From Nemertoderma westbladi (lineage: Eukaryota; Animalia; Xenacoelomorpha), in contig JAUCBJ010000273.1 in assembly GCA_032718475.1 (NCBI GenBank), positions 1 to 33,361 of the forward strand: 33,361 bases of DNA, read 5' to 3'. Under the pieces are notes generated by a model. It ran no database searches and was not told the origin of the DNA. It worked only from the letters and a program-made list of their open reading frames with translations. Positions 19,267 through 29,814 of the stretch are shown here, one piece after another. How positions within the stretch are numbered: position 1 is the stretch's first letter; the number at the start of each line of letters is the position of its first letter. The position numbers and the translations under genes are program-made.

Positions 19267-19567
19267 TATTAAGGTCAACTGAATCAGTAGTAAATTTTAC
19301 ACGGTAAAACATTACTCAAAAATGATTGCGCTAAAAATATAAATTTGAATTTATGACAACACCTAAAGCATGACCAAAACTATGGTGGGGTACAACGAAA
19401 CAACCTAATGGTAGGGCGAAAGCTAGTTTAGAATTGGGAGTCCATCATAAGTCGGGTAGGATGTATGTAAGTAGAACGAATTCGGAACTGTGAATGGAAC
19501 TGGAGACAGGCTGCGTTAGGGCGAGTCATGTGACAAGGTGCAACTGTCCGGGAATGTGGGAGGAGCA

Positions 19568-21606
19568 TCAGGGAAACCCGTAGTATTGTGGAGGGCGGCG
19601 TTCTCTACGAGGACGGGTGTTGGGTGGGTCAGATGGAGCAGCAATGTGCAATGGCTGCTCAGGGACGTCGTCTAACTGTGGTGTGGACTCTAGGGCTGGT
19701 TGGAATGCGACAGGGGGTGCCATGCCGGGTGTAGCATGAGCGTGGAGTGTGGAACACTCATCAGCCTCAGAATCAGAATCCTCAGTGTATGACGTGGATG
19801 GCGGTTGGAGACGAGGTACAAGGAAACAATCAGCCTGGCGGACGTGGTATGCGTGAGCGCGGAACTGGCTGCCCGCGAATTTACGAATGGAACACCACGT
19901 GTCATCGATAGCGCTGACGATATATCGTGGACGAGCGCCGGCACGGGGGGAATCGGCATATAAATGGACGAGGTCGCCCACCTTGAGGGAGGTAAATCCT
20001 GGGAGTACCGTAGAGTGGTGTGTCTTAGAGGTATGGTTGGCTAGGCGTCGCTCATGTTGGGAGGCTATGAGCTCGGTATCGACGAGAGGAATCTGTTCGC
20101 CCGTGTATTGGTCCCGCTGGAATAATATCTCATGGGCGGATAGGCCAGGGGAGCGTAGACGAGAGTTAAGGTTTGCAACAGCGATTGCGAGAGATGTGGA
20201 TGAGAATGGGCCGCCAGTGGGACAGAGTCGGAGGAGCTTGGTGAGTAGTTTGCCGATAGCGTGTTCGGGTTTTTGTTTACATTCTTGCGGGATCCGATCT
20301 CAAGGAGGAGGTGGTGGGATAGGAGGATTGGGTCGTTGGCGAGGGCTTGGAACCCTGGGGCTGGGTCGGTGCGGATGATAGCCGGGGGGCCACTAAGGGG
20401 GCACATGCCAAAGGCAAGGGTGATTAAGGCATCACGTAGGGTATCGCTCTGTTCATCCGGAAGTATAACGGCATTTGAGTACGATGATACCGTTTCCCGT
20501 AACAGGAGGATACGTTGGGAATGGCAGCGCAGGACGTCGGCAGCGAATGATTGGCCGATGATGGGGGGCGGATCAATGGATGACTGGGGCACGGTACGCT
20601 TGGGGGCAGTTGAGAGGGCGACGCACTGGTGACATTGCACAGTAATCTCATTGAGAGCGCGGTCGAGGACCAGGGCGTAGAAATATCGGGAAAAGGTGGT
20701 ACGCAGCTGGGAACGCGAAGGGTGTTGGAGTTCTATGTGTAGTGAGGTTAGTAAGCCAATAAGGGCAGAGCGGGGAACGATGATGACGTCATAGGGTGAC
20801 GTGAAGGGACGCTGTCGGTAGACTACGACAAGGCCAGAGGATAACAGAGAACATACACCCAGGTAACGCTTGATATCATGGCTATGTGTATCGCATCTGA
20901 ATGGACGGGTGCCGGAAGCGAGGTTTTTGGCAACACGAATTAGGTCGGGGCACTCGCGTTGTGTGGCGAGCAACGCAGGACGACTGGCATAAAGGGGACG
21001 GGGATTTGGGCTATCGGAAGCGATAAAGCAATTCGGGAGGGGGGTAGTGACAGTGTTAACGAGGGACATTGGGGAATGGTTGTCGTATGGTAAGGAGGAG
21101 GGGGTGTTTGACTTTGCAACGAGACGGACAATAGGCGACTCTATCGCGGAGGCGACAAACGCGCACACCTGGCATGACTGTAGAGAGCACGGCCGAACAT
21201 TGCGGCTTTGGAAGTCTGCCGGGAGGTTGGTAGAACCCTTAATGTGGGATACTGTGACATGGGCCTGGCTGGCGCTGGCAAGGAACGTCGATAAACGTGG
21301 GCTAGTCGAATATGCGCCGCGGGACAACTTTTTGAATGCTTCGACACAGGGTTTACTGTCTGTGAGAACGTGTGGTTGGCGTGAAGAGGCGATAAGATAT
21401 GGGAGGAAATGTTGAATGGAGGCCTCTATAGCGAGTGCCTCCAACTCGCAAAGAAGCCATGTATGTTGGTGGGCCTTGAGCTTGCAGGAATAAAACCCGG
21501 CGAGGAGTAATTCTTTGGAACGTTTCGCGTAGAGGACTGCACCTAGACCTTCGACGGACGAGGCGGCGTCGGTGACAAGGAAGAGTTCAGTAGGACGCGG
21601 GATCAT
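19568..21606 (-). pseudogene. RNase H + integrase, frameshifted near 20270
   Basis: RNase H LVTDAA, CELEALAI, VLTDSKP, PADFQSR; integrase H-x4-H...CHQC, FAADVL, IRTDPAPGF; C-terminal GDLVHL... and RPRRERRPPQYYG (ORF 19568-19981). Confidence 0.88.
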
Positions 21607-22718
21607 TACTGACCAGCAGGATTATAGGGCGGCTTGGGATCGTCGAAATGTAGACTCGAGATCGGGAGTCCAAGCAACACGGTTGCCGGCCTTGGGGGTA
21701 AGGAGGGCTTCGAGCGGAGAGATAAGGGCAGAACACCGGGGGAGTACGCGGGAGAGAACCTTGTAGGAATCGAGGAACGACCGTAGGTCGCGGACGGTGG
21801 ATGGTGTAGGACAGTGGGATAAGGCGGCTGTGATATGTGGGGAAGCAGATAAGGAACCGCTAGACCATACCCAACCAAGGATGGTGGTAGTTTGGGGGCA
21901 AATGATGGTTTTCTTTGGGGACAAACGCAACCCGGCAAGGTGTAGGGTGCGGAGGAGGGCGGCGAAATTGAGAAGGAGTTCGGGGATGGTATCGCCACCA
22001 CAGTAGATATCATCGGCGAGTTTGACGACGGATACCTGGATGAGGAGATCGCCGAGGACGCAAGACATCAACTCCTCGAGAGCCGTTTCGCTGCCGGGCA
22101 TGCCCATGGCACAGCGGCGGTAGACACGGACACCACGAAATGGTGTGGATACGCTGCAGAAACGCATGGAGTTGCGATGGAGTGAGATTTGTAAAAGGCG
22201 CTTGTGAGGTCTGCCTTAACGAGGAACTTGAACCGACCCAGGGCTCGAATGGTGGATTTGACATCTGGGAGGAGTGCGGGTTGGGGCTTACAATACTGGG
22301 CGATCTCTGTGAACGCCGTAACGAGCCGAGTTCCTCCATTGGGTTTAGCGACAAGGAAGCTTGGGTTCAAGTACTCTATGGTGACACCAGCTAGTTCTGG
22401 GCGAATGAAGACACCAAGACGCTCGAGAGAGTCAAACTTCTCCTGCAGTTCAACGAGTCGGTCACGGGAGTATTGCGGTACACGACCCTTATGTTGACTT
22501 GGCAATGTAGGGGTCACGTTGACGACAGCTTCGAATGGGCCGGCAGACCCATTGTATCCGGGGTACGTGGGATCAAAGACGTCAGAAAATTCCTCGAGTA
22601 GATCGTGGAAGGCAGCACGCTCACGGTAAGAGAGGATGCCCTGTGGGTCGATCTGGACTGCCTTTATAGGTGGAGGGTCATGGGAGACAACGGAAGCAGA
22701 GCGGATTTCGGGACAGGG
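21607..22718 (-). pseudogene. Reverse transcriptase, frameshifted near 22190 and 21610
   Basis: YLNPSFLVAKPNGGTRLV, KADLTSAFY, AMGMPGS, KLADDIYCGG (LADD 22020-22009), ILGWVW, LRSFL across ORFs 22068-22517 and 21622-22167; the first part is in frame with gag-PR across the TAA at 22721-22719. Confidence 0.9.
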
Positions 22719-24457
22719 TTAGGACCGTTCAAGTTGTTTCATGGGGGTAGCTGCAGTGGGTAGGGCGGAGCAGACGTGGGAGTTCCATTGAATGAAGATA
22801 GGGTAGGGAGCAGAGTTTGGAATGGTAATGGAACCGGCTGCGGGTTGGAGCTGCATGGGGGGGAACCAAGGCTTGGGGGGAATTACGTGCGACCGTTGGT
22901 TAATCACATGGGGTGTCTCAAGGAGAGAGTCGGAATCCGAGAGATGGGCTGGAAGCTGTAATGTGAGGGTGTCGCCGGGGAGAAGAATGGACGATCGTAT
23001 GGGGGCGCGCCGAATCTGGGTCGTCGTCCGACGGATAGTGGGTCGGGGATGACCTGCCAGGGGGTACCGGATGGAACTGCCATCCGCGAAGGTAATCAGC
23101 GACTGGGCCGGACGGATACCAATATCATTGGTGGATAGGAACAGAATGCCAGCGAGTAGTGGAATGTTGAGGCTGTCGACAACGAGTCCACGGAAGCTAA
23201 ACTGGAGGTCGTTATGGGTGAGGGAGAAGGAACTCTCCGCAACTACACCTGAAACAGGGGAACCATCGGCCCCGATCAGGATCTGGCGGGAGCCACGCGA
23301 GATCGGAACGCCGAGTCGGAGTGCAGCATCGTGTAAAATGAGGTCGGATTCGGCCCCGCAATCGAGGTGAACCTGGATGGGTTTACCTTTATAACGCGCT
23401 GTAAAGGTGGGACTCGGGCGTACAGCGACGATATTAACCGTCGGATCGGGAGGTGGACTGGCGACGGAGTCGTTATCGTTATCCGGTTGTTCATAGAAAG
23501 CGTCATTGTCATTGTCGCCATCGACGTAGACGAGATGGGCACGTGAGATAAAACGCTTGTCAGCAGGGGGAAGGAATGGGCATGCTCTGAGAAAGTGGTT
23601 GGTGGGAGTGCGTTTAGTCTGGGAGCATAGGGGACACCGGCGAATGGAACAGGAAAGTCCGCGGCCAGTGGAACTCGGACCGAGACCTGAGGATGTAGGT
23701 GGGGTCCGACGCGTCTGGGCACGGAAGGTACGCACTTCCGCGGCAGTGTGGAGCTCGTCGAGAAGAGAAGACAGAGCCTGGGAGATCTCGGGTTTGATAC
23801 TGGCCAGCGTACGGGACCGGAGCTCCATGCCATACCGTTGTTGAACCAATCGAGGGAGGTCCGGGTGGATAAGGCGGAGCCATATGAGTACAACGAAGTT
23901 CTCGAGAGAGGGGGACAGCTCCTCGTCGTCATCAGGGAGAATCCCGTGGTGGGAAATTCCACCGTCCCGTTGGAGTAAATTCTCGTCCACGAAAGCCGAT
24001 AAACGCTGGAAGAGGTCTTCAGTGCGCTCCTCGTGAAGGAGAGAGATATCAGAGAAGGTGAGGAAATGAGCTCCAGTCGCTTGGAAGCCGTAATGGAGGC
24101 GTATGGCCTGCCATATGCAGGGCAAGGACGTGGAGTCTCGAATGATCGAGTTACGTGCGATAACGGGGGCGTAATTGGCGATCTGACCGAGCATAAGATC
24201 TAGAGCCGTGGTCTTTTGAAGGGCAGTACGGCGGTCGGCTGGGGCCACAGTGTCCGGGTCGTTGGCAAAACCGCGGAAGGGTATAGCGCGGGTATGGCGC
24301 AACCAGGTTGTGCCCTGGACCGTAAACTGCGTAAATTGAGGTTGGAGCGCAAGCGAATAAGTTATGTTGTGGTGCCAAACCTCAAAGGAGTTGATCGTCT
24401 CAGATTTATTGAGTGGAGCCACCTTGCGCGGGGTTTCAGTGAGCCATTAAACGCCAT
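22719..24457 (-). CDS. Gag plus aspartic protease
   Basis: 567-aa ORF with Cx2Cx9Hx4C knuckle (CPLC...HFLRAC) and protease VHLDCGAES...LLAG. The likely original ATG at 24457 is out of frame with the 24422 ORF, implying an early indel. Confidence 0.85.
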
Positions 24458-24579
24458 GATAATGGTAAGTAGGTAGCGTAAGTCTGTAACGTAAGGAGGG
24501 CTGAGTGGATGGATCTGTTGTTGTAGTAGATGGCGAGGAGTGGGAAACGAAGCACACGGTGACACCACGCCAGAAGTGG

Positions 24580-24755
24580 AGCAACAGCATAAAGAACAAT
24601 GTGGTGAGTGAAGCGGGTTAACTATATTGATCAATTACACGAATGAGTATAGATCGGTACAACACAGACAGACCTATACTTCTATTTGGTAGTTGGCAGT
24701 GCCGTCAGAACCAGGGATGGCAGATAGACAGGCAGGGCCTAAACCGGCTGGCGTA
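24580..24755 (-). repeat. 5' LTR (176 bp)
   Basis: Direct repeat of 18781-18956; begins TACGCC on the minus strand; followed by CCA-CTTC-TGGCGTGGTGTCACC, a possible LTR end and PBS. Confidence 0.93.
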
Positions 24756-24959
24756 AAATAAATCATTTAAAATTACGTACGACCAGCTATTGTCCCATTT
24801 GGGAACATTATATGGGAAGGTTTTTCTGCTGCAAAGTAATAAATAGTAAAATTGAACCAAATACTGTTTGACTATTGATGTAGGTAGGACGAATGGAATA
24901 TGTATAGCTGAAATATACCTTATTATGCAATTTTTTGTCCCATTTGGGAACAATTTTTG

Positions 24960-26200
24960 GTGTATATGCTTGGCTCGGGACGCGAGAATAGGTCTGATTG
25001 AGCGCAGTAGGGCGTGTTTGCTCGCATCTGGACACGTAATTGTAACTAATGGAGCTCAGTAGGACGTGTTGGCTCGGTTCTGGACTGGAAAATATATCTA
25101 ATGGAGCGCAGTGGGGCGTGTTGGATCGGCTCGGGATGCAAGAATAGTTCTAATGGAGCGCAGTAAGGTATGTTGGAACACTCAGGACGCGAGAATAGAT
25201 CTAATGGAGCGCAGTAGGGGATGTTGGATCTGTTCAGGACGCCATAGATTATATCTAATGGTGCGCAGTAGGGCGTGTTGGATCGGCTCGGGATGCAAGA
25301 ATAGGTCTAATTGAGCGCAGTAGGCGTGTTGGCTCGGTTCTGGACTCGAAAAAATATCTAATGGAGCGCAGTATTGTATGTTGGATCGGCTCAGGACGCA
25401 AGAATAGATCTAATCGAGTGCTGTAAGGTATGTTGGAACACTCAGGACGCCATAGAATAGATCTAATGGAGCGCAGTAGGGTATTTTGGATCGGCTTGGG
25501 ATGAAAGAATTTATCTAATTGATAGGGCATGTTGGATCGGTTCGGGGCTCGTAAATAGATCTAATGGAGCGCAGTAGGGCGTGTTGGATCGGCTCGGGAT
25601 ACAAGAATAGGTCTAATGGAGCGCAGTAGGGTATGTTGGATCAGCTCAGGATGCAAGAATAGATCTAATGGAGCGCAGTAGGGTATGTTGGATCGGCTCA
25701 GGGCACGAGAATAGATCTAATGCAACACAGTAGGGTGAGTTGGCTCGGTTCAGGACGTGAGAATAGATCTAATGGAGCGAAGTGGGGCGTGTTGGATCAG
25801 TTCAGGGCTCGAAAATAGATCCAATGGAGCGCGCTGTAAGGCATGTTGGATCGGCCCAAGACGCGAAAATATATCTAATGGAGTGCAGTAGGGCGTGTTG
25901 GCTGGACTCGGGGCGCGAGAATAGATATAATGGAGCGCAATAGGGTGTGTTGGCTGGGCTCGGGGCGTGATAATAGATATAATGGAGCGCAATAGGGCGT
26001 GTTGGCTGGGCTCGGGGCGTGAGAATAGATCTAATGTAACACAGTAGGGTGAGTTGGCTCGGTTCAGGACGTGAGAATAGATCTAATGGAGCACAGTAGA
26101 GCGTGTTGGCTGGGATCCGGTCGCGAGAATAGATATAATGGAGCGCAATAGAGCGTGTTGGTTCGGCTCAGGACCGGAAAATAGATCTAAGGGAGCACAG
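24960..26200. repeat. 52-bp tandem satellite, about 24 copies
   Basis: ctaatg recurs at 25561, 25613, 25665, 25717; consensus approx GAGAATAGATCTAATGGAGCGCAGTAGGGCGTGTTGGATCGGCTCGGGACGC. Confidence 0.97.
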
Positions 26201-26485
26201 TTTTCCCAAATGGGACTGACCTGGTTCTTAATAGTAAAATATAATTTCAACCAAAGCCTCTCCCTAAGTTGTTTACTAAATAAAACGGTTTGAAATTGAA
26301 ACGGTTTCAAAAATTTCAACGAATTTGCTCAGATTTATTAAAGATGGTTGGGAAATAGAAGGTTAAACTGGGTTCCAGCCGAAAACAATCAATTTTTAGA
26401 GCTGAAATCCTGAAGATGGGCGGTATTTCTTTTAACACTATCGAGGGTGGCCAGGGTGGAACACAAACCCAGGGTGGCACAAACA

Positions 26486-26817
26486 TGCATTGAAGTTTCC
26501 CAGGAATGTTAAGAATGCATGCTGATCCACTCCATCAGTAGCTGCTTATAGATTGTGGTAGACATTTTCCACCTCCTCTACAGGGGCAACACTAGTTGGA
26601 GAGTAGCACACAATCAGAACTACCTTAGGAAACTTCTTAGCCAGTCTCCAGAACATGAGAAATGGCAACGGATGATACAGTTAGAGATTTGGTCTATTTT
26701 GCCCAATTCATCAATAGACCAATTTCACCATCCCCACTACCATCTGCTGACGCGAGGGCGAGTCGCCAATCGCCCCCCATGTCCTTAATCAGAACCTGTC
26801 CAGTCTGCATTTGGCTC
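26486..26817 (-). mobile_element. Inverted internal fragment (APE region) of the same RTE family as 28053-31490
   Basis: Reverse complement aligns to about 28646-28996, e.g. gttctgattaaggacatggggggcg and gtgtgctactctccaactagtgttgcccctgtagaggaggtgga. Confidence 0.93.
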
Positions 26818-27976
26818 ACATCGCCTGACGAACAGTACTACATTGTACAGCTACGCTACCTACCATAACTAATAATAATAATATTAAGCGGTTATAATTT
26901 ATTTATAAAATATCATTATTGTGCTATTCGGTATCTTTATTAATTTACCTTGTGTAAAGGTGTAAAAAAAATGTATACAATTATATTACTCAAATCTTTT
27001 CTGCTGCCCTTGCAGAAAAATTGCTCTCGAATACTGACAAATGATACCGCATTTAACATTGATTTATTGGATACATATTGTGGGCTATATTAATTGTAAA
27101 TGAAGTTGTAGGCCTGAAACTTTCTTTGAATAAAAAGGTAACAGTGATGATGCGATAAATAGTGTAGATTGATCAGAATTTACTCACAGTTCACAGAAAG
27201 TCTGCATTTTTTAGGTAATTTAGTGTAAGTCAATCAATTTCAATCCGCCTTTAAAAAGAATAATATTTGACTTTGTTTCTTTCGCTTTTTGACAAAATTC
27301 CTATTGTATATCATACTTACTCAAATCATATTTATCTTTATTTAGCAGAAAAATTATTTAACCAATCATATTAATTATGTTTATTATTTTTTTTATTCTG
27401 TCAGGTTTGTTTGCAACTGGGAACTAGATGGATATAGTGGCAAATCTACATAAAAATAGATGTTATTTGTTGGTGGTCGAATTAATATAATCTTATGGTT
27501 CCATATCTTTTATGACATCAAAAATTGTATTAACAAAGTTACATATATTACATAAGATGGTGTTCAGTTTGTCTTATATAATAGTAAATGGTGATACAAT
27601 AACTTATTATTGTTGCATAATTATTAAACTGTAGTCACTCAATTTTATTATACTGTAGTCACTCATTTTCACATTTGATGATGGTATTATATTATATATA
27701 TTATTATACACATTTTCACATCCTATCCTATACTGATAAATGTAACCATGTTTTCTGTAAAGTATATAGTCCCGGGTGTTCCATAATGATTGCCTCCATC
27801 TGGCCAGCCAAAACTGCCAGAGATACACCTTAGTGTAATATATCATTCGAAAGAGGATTTAATTCAGAGCTTGCATGCAAAAATTTTGAGTCCAATACAA
27901 AAGTATAAAAATTTCATAGGCAATTCTTTAAATCTATCTTACTTTTCAATATTTGTGATTTAATCACAATTTAAAA

Positions 27977-28052
27977 AATATATAATTTATCCAGCGTTAG
28001 TCATCAGATTTGCAGCCCTGTTTAAACAGTTACTACTGCATTACTTTTGCTG
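27977..28052 (+). repeat. Left copy of long direct repeat flanking the RTE
   Basis: aatatataatttatccagcgttagtcatca (30 nt) is identical to 31493-31522; diverged similarity continues to ttgctg. Confidence 0.9.
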
Positions 28053-28251
28053 CACCTGGCAGCAGGGGTTCAGGGCATGACCCAGCAGATGAGCTGCACA
28101 GACAATGGTGGGTCATGTCCGCCAGGCTAGATATGGGTGATGGGCCTCATATCTGACTCCACTGCGACACCCACCCTGTGGAACGGCAAACCAGGGTGTG
28201 GTATTTGCCCCGAGAGCTGACTCGGCAAAAAAGCACCCCCCAACCCCCACT

Positions 28252-29814
28252 ATGGATTACATTAGTAATGCGGAGGTCCGGCCACTAGAGGCCAGTGGAA
28301 TTACCGGACACAATCGGCCTCAAAGGCGTCAGTTATCTCCTGACCGGCTGCCTGTCTCACCCCCTACTGGAGAGAGAGAAGCCAACAATTCTTTGAGTCC
28401 CTTTCCTGATGACCTTTCTGGCCCAAACCCTGGGTCACCAGGGAGGCCAGATAGTGAGGGGGAGAGGGATTCTGGAGTTGGAGGCTACTCTCATGTTCCA
28501 CCCCCGATCAACTAAGCCATTGGTAAATCTGCGGCAAGTCACTAGACTAGCCTCAGTAAACACCCTAACACTCGGGTCCCCAATGAGACAAAGTGAGCTG
28601 ACTGCCTTGGTAGATAAGCTATCTCTTAGCGCAGTGGGTGTTCAAGAGCACCGAATGCAGACTGGACAGACTGATGAGGTTCTGATTAAGGACATGGGGG
28701 GCGGTTGGCGACTCGCCCTTGCGTCAGCAGATGATAGTGGCAATGGTGGTATTGGTCTATTGATGCATCCAACTGCACATGCAGCATTGGACAAAATAGA
28801 CCTAATCTCTAACCGCATCATCCGTTGCCACTTCTCATGTTCTGGAAGACTGGCTAAGAAGTTTCCTAACGTGTGCTACTCTCCAACTAGTGTTGCCCCT
28901 GTAGAGGAGGTGGACAATTTTTACCACAATCTACAAGCAGCTACTGATGGAGTGGATCATCATGCATTCTTAATATACCTGGGAGACTTTAATGCAAGTC
29001 TGCATCAATCACCTTCATCGCCCTGGGTCTATAGCAATAGTGTCAACCGAAATTCCGTCCATCCCCAGGATTTTATCTCTGGAAATAGATTGATTTCGGC
29101 TGGAACCCAGATCAAGAAGCGAACTGGAAAGCTATGGACTCATAGTGGACCCAGTGGTCACAAGTCCCAGATAGACCATATTCAATTTCGTAGGAAGTAC
29201 AGGAGCTCTATACAAGACTGCAATGCATTTACACTTCGACCCTTCTCCAGTAATCACCTTCTTATTGTGGCCAAGGTAAGACTTAGTCTGCTTGCTAGCA
29301 GAACAACTAAATCTGCCTTGCCGCGGCATGACTGGTCCTCTCTGTTGCAACAGCCAAGTGTGAGATCCAGCTTCACGATGCAGATGAGCAACAGGTATGA
29401 GGTTCTTGCATCTGAGGCGGCAGATCACTCTGAGGGCTATACTGCCTTCACAGAAGCAGTTAAGTTAGCAGCTGCAGAAACAGTTCCTGTATACCCTTGA
29501 AACAGGAAAAGGGCCCCCTGGACAGACAACAAACTCCAGAAGTGCCGAAATGACCTATATAAGGCGCAGAAAGAGTCCCGACTCAAACATACTACAGTGG
29601 CCAAGAATATAGTAAAGGCTGCATCTAGGTCCCTGAACAAGCAGTACTCTGTTAATCTACAGGGGCTAATAAACCAACAGGTTGATGCCATCAATGATGC
29701 TGACGACAGCAGGCAATCATCCCAGGAAATCATGGAAATCGATTAACTTGCTTACTGGGCGGAAAAGCCAACCAACCACCAAGGTTTAGGCTGAATCACC
29801 AGCCGATCGCCTCA
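28252..29814 (+). pseudogene. RTE N-terminus and APE endonuclease with frameshifts and stops
   Basis: ATG at 28252; APE motifs SVNTLTL, VQEHR, CYSPT, GDFNA, QIDHI, SNH in ORF 28409-29500; in-frame TGA at 29498 and further lesions near 29730-29830. Confidence 0.88.

Larger units (their letters stand above)
18781..24755 (-). mobile_element. Gypsy-order LTR retroelement (atypical LADD RT), full length but decayed
   Basis: 176-bp direct repeats at both ends, purine tract next to the 3' repeat, gag-PR-RT-RNase H-integrase order on the minus strand. Confidence 0.9.

Noticed and set aside
19178-24580. Self-encoded primer (cassette 3' end pairing with the element PBS)
   Set aside because: The required complement TGGCTTTCC is not found after the 5' LTR, which reads TGGCGTGG; only TGGC matches.
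24960-26200. CRISPR-like array
   Set aside because: Whole 52-bp units are homologous with no unique spacers; no cas genes; eukaryotic TE context.
26995-27835. Possible host exons (acceptors near 27015 and 27403 on plus; minus-strand peptide GNHYGTPGTIYF near 27760-27800)
   Set aside because: Short, AT-rich, no consistent frame or strand and no recognisable domain; would need RNA-seq.
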